Shown here: in pieces, positions 57,514-64,000 of the stretch | Layout: every line of letters starts with the position of its first letter | Numbering within the stretch: the stretch's first letter is position 1 | Assembly: GCA_002269645.1 (NCBI GenBank) | Contig: NIVC01001378.1 | Coordinates: 186,001 to 250,000, forward strand | Direction of reading: 5' to 3' | Length of the DNA: 64,000 nucleotides | Source: Macrostomum lignano | Taxonomy: Eukaryota | Translations under genes and position numbers: made by a program | Notes under the pieces: model-generated | What the model saw: the letters and a program-made list of their open reading frames with translations, nothing else | Told to the model about the DNA's origin: nothing | Database searches by the model: none

Positions 57514-60039
57514 CGGCCTGTAACAAATTATTACTTAATACTTTAGGCACAGACCAATGCTAAGAATCTTAATCGTAACAGTACTAGTACTACTACTACG
57601 TCAAGATAATTTCGCAAAGCCATGATGCAAAAAATTAAATTTGTGTAATGGCAGTTGAATGAGTTTTTCGGGAGAAATTAAAAGTATTATTAAATAATTT
57701 CTCTTTTTTTTATTTGTTTGCTAAAACGTAAGTATTACTATAACAGCAGAATACAATACTATTTGTTTCACTATGTCAGCGAGAAGTGAAAAGAAATAAT
57801 TTAAATCTACAATCTGAATCTTCGCCGAGCCGGCTCTACCTGAAACTGTTTTAAGCCAAGAAACTTCATCTCTGGTCACAGTAATCAATTATCTAAGCAA
57901 ATATTGCATCACTCTGGTAAAATTATACGCCATTTTATACACAATGTTTAAAAGACATTGAATGAGTTTAGGCAGAAATGTATATTTCTCTGGAATTTAT
58001 ATGATCAAATGTATTTTTTGCATTACTAACTTACGAGTAAATACATTATACTTAGTATTTATTTTTTCTTTTCTTTGAATTAGGCAACCATGTGTTCAAG
58101 TCAATATTAAACATGTTTGATTAGAATTGCTATGCTACCAAAGTTACTAAAAGAATGTGTTTAATTCTTTATTTGCTTTTTGTCATTCAGGCCTTATAAT
58201 TTCGAATAGCTAATCAGATAATCATTTCGGTGATCAAATTTTAGGCACATTTTTATTCTTTATATGGCTTTACCGTTTATTTTTTTTTAAGTTGTTCTTA
58301 TAACTTTAAAAGAAACTTATAGAAAAAAATGATTGCAAACCTTGAACTGTTTATGGGTATCTTATTTTAGAGTAGCTTTATGTGAGTTATCGCGGTTAAT
58401 CTTCTCTGCAGAAAGGAAAACTTCATTTTCTATCATTTTTATATTGAAAAATGCTTTTTTTAATACAATTTAAATAAGAGTTTGGTCTTTTAAATGTCTC
58501 TGATACCATAAAAGAATCATATTTACAATTTTTCATTCTATGCAAAATTTTATTTAGAACATTATGCAGTCAAGCATGACCCTATTTTATTTAGAACATT
58601 ATACAGTCAAAAATGGCCCTAAAATTGCATTTTATTAACCAGGCATATATTAACCACATCTATCCGGATAGCTCTGATGAGTTCAGTTAATGTAGTGAAA
58701 GATTCATTTATGTCTAGATTGAATAGTTTAATAGTTAAATTTAAGCTATTAATAATTTAGGAAATTGTCATCATGCAAATTAATACATGTATAGTGCTCA
58801 ATGTCCTTGAAACTGATTTAATTATATTTTTATATTAGGGTTATTATACTTTGTTTATTATGATTACCTATACGAGCCGTATGTACTATAATCCCACTAC
58901 GAGATTTCCCATACACTAGGGGATATATTAATTCCCCTCTCTTTTAACCCTTCCGTCGGTTACTCAGTCTTGCGTATTTTTTCATCTGCGATAAAATAAG
59001 ATCTTTGGAAGATTGTGCACGCCCCGCAATCGAGGAGAATTTGCTTTTTCTGTGGGGATTTTGTTTGCCTTTTGCTGCTATCGCTGGGACTGCATGAAAC
59101 GATCAGCCACCCACCAGCCGCTGAGGAGACTGGAAGCGACCTCAGCCAGTGCGCCACGAATCTCCCTAGCCGACTGACTTCCAGCTCTGGCAACTTCTAT
59201 TTTTAAATAGAAAAAATGTTGTCAGCCACGGAGCGCTGACACAAAAGGAACTAATAAAGAGAATCTGGAGCTGTAGATATTCCTGGCTAAACAATCCTAA
59301 TTATTTCCTTTGAATAGAACGGAACTTGACCGATCGACCAGCCAATCAAGAGGACTGCCAACAATTGTCAAGCCAACTGTTCAAGGCTCGTCTCTGAGGT
59401 TTAAAAACAATCAAGTAGAGAGTTTTAAAGCAATTATTCTAGTCAAAGAACTTCATTGCTACACTTGGTGCCGGTTTTTATGGAATTAATTCTTGAATAA
59501 TCAACTTTACTATCAATAAAAACAATACTAAATGTCGCAATTAAAAAATAACAACACCGAAAAATCGCATACAAGCTTACGCCGCGGCACAGCTGCAACC
59601 AAAAAAGTCCGTCAACAAACAGCGTCGCTTGCATGCGTGGGGCCGGCGCCAACCCAATCGTATCGCCCCCAGGAAGAAAATTCCTTATCGCTACATCTCT
59701 CCATCCTAGCTCCGTTAGCCTCTCTCTCCCTCTCCCATTTTTCCCCTAAGCGGCAAAGCTACAGGAAGCTGGCTATGGGTATTAGATAGATACAGCGCTG
59801 GCGTGCATATCTCAAGCCTTCCAGACAGTAAGTCGAATAGCAACCACAACCCCCGCCACAGTCTTCCAATCCATTGCACCGCCTAATTGCATCCTTGCCT
59901 AGATTAGTACAGTGGGTATAGGAAAAACCCTTATTACTAATTGCTTCTACTGAATTCAGCAAACTTTTCTAGCAAATTTCTTGTAGACAAAGGCGGTAAA
60001 AATGGAGCAAGAGGCGTTTCATATTTGAGATCTGTTGTG

Positions 60040-60360
60040 TCAGAATCGGGATCCAGTGGGGGATCAGTGGTATCAGAATCGGGATCAGTGGTGTCAGAAT
60101 CGGGATCAGTGGTGTCAGGATCGGGATCGGTGGTGTCAGGATCGGGATCAGTGGTGTCAGGATCGGGATCGGTGGTGTCAGGATCGGGATCAGTGGTGTT
60201 AGGATCGGGATCAGTGGTGTCAGGATCGGGATCAGTGGTGTCAGGATCGGGATCAGTGGTGTCAGGATCGGGATCAGTGGTGTCAGGATCGGGATCAGTG
60301 GTGTCAGAATTGGGATCAGTGGTGTCAGGATCGGGATCAGTGGTGTCAGGATCGGGATCA
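60040..60360. repeat. 21-bp minisatellite TCGGGATCAGTGGTGTCAGGA
   Basis: Tandem units. Confidence 0.92.
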
Positions 60361-60815
60361 AGAGATCATTTAAAGTTGGACCCAACGTTACTCTACACAG
60401 AATCAATCTTAGCCAAATGAAAACAATCCTAGAGTCGCGTGAGGTTGCCAGGGTCACTGGAAGGTGATGTCTGAAACCTGGGCAACCAGGGCTAATACTA
60501 AAAAATATGGCAACTATCGATTCATTTATTCCAGCTGTTCAAGAGTAAATAATATGCTAATATAGCAGGCATAACACCCGTATCTGGCCACTGATTCATC
60601 CATCACATAGCTTACCCTCTGAATGACCTCCGCTGCTGGTGGGGTGGGGGTGAGACGAGAGACAAGCTGATACAGCTAGGGGAAGGACTGTATAGGATTT
60701 TTTTGTGTAGGATGGAGTGTAGACACTTCGACAAAATGATGGGGCTCGCTGGAAGCCAGAGCTCTTCACCCCCTGTCCCAACCCACTCCTACCCCTGTGT
60801 CCCTCATCAGCCCAG

Positions 60816-60931
60816 CCAATATTGAAGGCCCCCAAAGCTTTATATTAGCCTGAAACTTTGCGACTGATAGGCGGGCTACGCGGCAAGTAAAACCCAATCC
60901 GCCCCCACCTACCTACCTACTGTATTTAAAA
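60816..60931 (+). promoter_or_regulatory. Candidate core promoter for the + strand gene at 61143
   Basis: CCAAT at 60816 and 60894, CCGCCC at 60899, TATTTAAAA at 60923. Confidence 0.4.
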
Positions 60932-61142
60932 GGTCCTCTTTGTTCTATTAAACAGCTTTGATAAAATTGATGATGAACAGCTGGCTCACTGTTTTGATCA
61001 CTGCTCACTGCTGGCTCACAGCCGACACTGACTCATAGTCCCGAAATACAGTTTCAGACGCTACTATCTGCATCAAAATAACTATACCGACTATAAATAT
61101 TACTGACAATCTAAAAATCTAAATAAACAGCCTCGCAAAGTC

Positions 61143-61265
61143 ATGGCCAAGTTTATTGACACGTTTCGCGACCTGCCGCACAAACTGCATCTTGGCGGGG
61201 GCGGCAAAGCTAAAGCTACCGACAAACAGCTGCGTCAGTTTAAGGAGTTCTTCGACATCAAACCG
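61143..61265 (+). CDS. Probable first coding exon of an unidentified gene (MAKFIDTFRDLPHKLHLGGGGKAKATDKQLRQFKEFFDIKP)
   Basis: GtcATGG Kozak context, GC3-rich codons like the other exons, CCG|gtgagg donor, upstream promoter-like motifs; no convincing next exon found in the window. Confidence 0.5.
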
Positions 61266-61604
61266 GTGAGGCTTTTGCAGTTCATTGAATTTATACTAGC
61301 GCTTAGGCTAAGATTGCCAGCAACCTGAAGCAAATTTGTCCAATACTCTGATTGCATAGTTGCTGGCTAGGAGCAATTTTAATGCGATTTTCAAGAGGCT
61401 TTAATATTGATTTTTCTGTCTAACATAAGAGATGGCTAAGAAGTTTATAAGTGGCGGTTGCGGTGCTTCATTCGATGAATCATCCTGTGATGCTATCTGA
61501 GGCTTGCTGGTAGAAAAAGGCATTTGGCACCGAATGTAAATGCAAATACAGCAAAATTTCCCTGACACTTTTATGATTCGGTGTCTTTTCTAGACAGAAA
61601 TGTT

Positions 61605-62365
61605 ATCTGTTAGACAGGACAGTGCCACCTGTTAGACAGGATAGTGTCACCTGTTAGACAGGAAAGTGTCACCTGTTAGACAGGATAGTGTCACCTGTTA
61701 GAAAGGATAGTGTCACCTGTTAGACAGGATAGTGTCACCTGTTAGACAGGACAGTGTCACCTGTTAGACAGGATAGTGTCACCTGTTAGACAGGATAGTG
61801 TCACCTGTTAGACAGGATAGTGTCACCTGTTAGAAAGGATAGTGTCACCTGTTAGACAGGATAGTGTCACCTGTTAGACAGGGCAGTGTCACCTGTTAGA
61901 CAGGATAGTGTCACCTGTTAGACAGGATAGTGTCACCTGTTAGACAGGATAGTGTCACCTGTTAGACAGGATAGTGTCACCTGTTAGACAGGATAGTGTC
62001 ACCTGTTAGACAGGATAGTGTCACCTGTTAGACAGGATAGTGTCACCTGTTAGACAGGACAGTGTCACCTGTTAGACAGGATAGTGTCACCTGTTAGACA
62101 GGATAGTGTCACCTGTTAGACAGGATAGTGTCACCTGTTAGACAGGATAGTGTCACCTGTTAGACAGGATAGTGTCACCTGTTAGACAGGATAGTGTCAC
62201 CTGTTAGACAGGACAGTGTCACCTGTTAGACAGGACAGTGTCACCTGTTAGACAGGACAGTGTCACCTGTTAGACAGGACAGTGTCACCTGTTAGACAGG
62301 ATAGTGTCACCTGTTAGACAGGACAGTGTCACCTGTTAGACAGGATAGTGTCACCTGTTAGACAG
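61605..62365. repeat. 22-bp minisatellite GACAGGATAGTGTCACCTGTTA
   Basis: About 34 near-identical units. Confidence 0.95.
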
Positions 62366-62884
62366 GTGCCTCACCTGCCAGATTAATAATTGTCAATAAG
62401 GAATCGCTTATAAACCATGAGTAACTCGGGCATTTTATTCCCAGACTGAAGAATGTTTGCCTCCTCAGCAAATATAGGCGGGAACTATTAAGAGGCCAGC
62501 ATTGGGCACAAAAAAGTGAAGCTAAGGACAGAGGAGAATAGGCTAAAATATCCGCAATGAAAACCAAAGCCAGCTGAAAATTGAACAGAATTACGTGCCG
62601 GAAGTCCACACATTAAAGCCCTAGGGGTCTGAAATTTATAAAAGGCAATTGGAAATTTCAAACTTTTGCTTTATCCGAAGAAAAAGATTTTCCATTTAAT
62701 CTTAGCCCTAACTTCCCTATACAATATAATTGGCCTTTACGAAGGATAGTGAGGAGAAAGTTGGTTTTAGTAAATAAAATTTCATAAATGTATATATATG
62801 TAGTGAAATTATTGAGAAGAAGTCAATTGAGTATGGAAATCGCACTTATTGTGATATTTGAGAGATAAGAAGAGAGGGGATTAG

Positions 62885-64000
62885 AGAGAGGTCACAGGGG
62901 AGAGAGGTCACAGGGGAGAGAGGTCACAGGGGAGAGAGGCCACAGTGAAGAGAGGTTAAAGAGAAGGGAGGTCACAGGGGCGAGAGGTCACAGGGGAGGT
63001 CCCAGGGGAGAGAGGTCACAGGGGAGGTCACAGGGGAGAGAGGTCACAGGGGAGGTCACAGGGGAGAGAGGTCACAGGGGAGGTCACAGGGGAGAGAGGT
63101 CACAGGGGAGGTCACAGGGGAGAGAGGTCACAGGGGAGGTCACAGGGGAGAGAGGTCACAGGGGAGGTCCCAGGAGAGAGAGGTCACAGGGGAGGTCACA
63201 GGGGAGAGAGGTCACAGGGGAGGTCACAGGGGAGAGAGGTCACAGGGGAGGTCCCAGGGGAGAGAGGTCACAGGGGAGGTCACAGGGGAGAGAGGTCACA
63301 GGGGAGGTCACAGGGGAGAGAGGTCACAGGGGAGAGAGGTCACAGGGGAGAGAGGTCACAGGGGAGGTCACAGGGGAGAGAGGTCACAGGGGAGAGAGGT
63401 CACAGGGGAGAGAGGTCACAGGGGAGAGAGGTCACAGGGGAGAGAGGTCACAGGGAGAGAGGTCACAGGGGAGAGAGGGGAGAGAGGTCACAGGGGAGAG
63501 AGGTCACAGTGAAGAGAGGTTAAAGAGAAGAGAGGTCACAGGGGAGAGAGGTCACAGGGAAAAGAGGTCAAAGGGGAGAGAGGTCACAGGGGAGAGAGGT
63601 CACAGGGGAGAGAGGTCACAGGGGAGAGAGGTCATAGTGAAGAGAGGTTAAAGAGAAGGGAGGTCACAGGGGCGAGAGGTCACAGGGGAGGTCCCAGGGG
63701 AGAGAGGTCACAGGGGAGGTCACAGGGGAGAGAGGTCACAGGGGAGGTCACAGGGGAGAGAGGTCACAGGGGAGGTCACAGGGGAGAGAAGTCACAGGGG
63801 AGGTCACAGGGGAGAGAGGTCACAGGGGAGGTCACAGGGGAGAGAGGTCACAGGGGAGGTCCCAGGGGAGAGAGGTCACAGGGGAGGTCACAGGGGAGAG
63901 AGGTCACAGGGGAGAGAGGTCACAGGGGAGAGAGGTCACAGGGGAGAGAGGTCACAGGGAGAGAGGTCACAGGGGAGAGAGGGGAGAGAGGTCACAGGGG
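62885..64000. repeat. Purine/G-rich 16-bp + 12-bp composite minisatellite GGGG(AGAG)AGGTCACA, running off the window end
   Basis: Tandem units. Confidence 0.94.

Noticed and set aside
58945-58960. TTAA-CCCTT piggyBac-like end
   Set aside because: No matching AAGGG-TTAA partner end or transposase was found in the window.

Overview
Eukaryotic (metazoan) genomic DNA, not prokaryotic, holding two large spliced genes arranged tail-to-tail. (1) The 3' ~87% of a non-muscle myosin II heavy chain gene on + (11 exons, 4994-19293; its 5' exons lie left of the window). (2) A near-complete DNA polymerase epsilon catalytic subunit gene (POLE) on - (21 exons, 57416-27735, ~2375 aa). The POLE model needs two single-base insertions, at ~52826 and ~43492, which are either consensus errors or inactivating lesions. 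A probable first exon of a third, unidentified gene lies at 61143-61265 (+). Introns are either ~94-99 nt and repeat-free, or long and mostly filled with their own 16-76 bp minisatellite; these arrays produce nearly all the long repetitive ORFs in the track. Two unrelated-size non-autonomous foldback/Mutator-like elements (GGG...CCC ends, exact 9-bp TSDs) sit inside intronic minisatellites (7972-8363 and 37468-39787). Also present: a tRNA-derived SINE (~51600-51925), a near-perfect 1740-bp tandem duplication (23537-27016), and candidate alternative exons (15-nt microexon, alternative last exon) for the myosin tailpiece. The repeat-laden introns resemble what is reported for Macrostomum-type flatworm genomes, but the taxon is an unverified inference. 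Array boundaries are approximate; all coordinates were read by eye.
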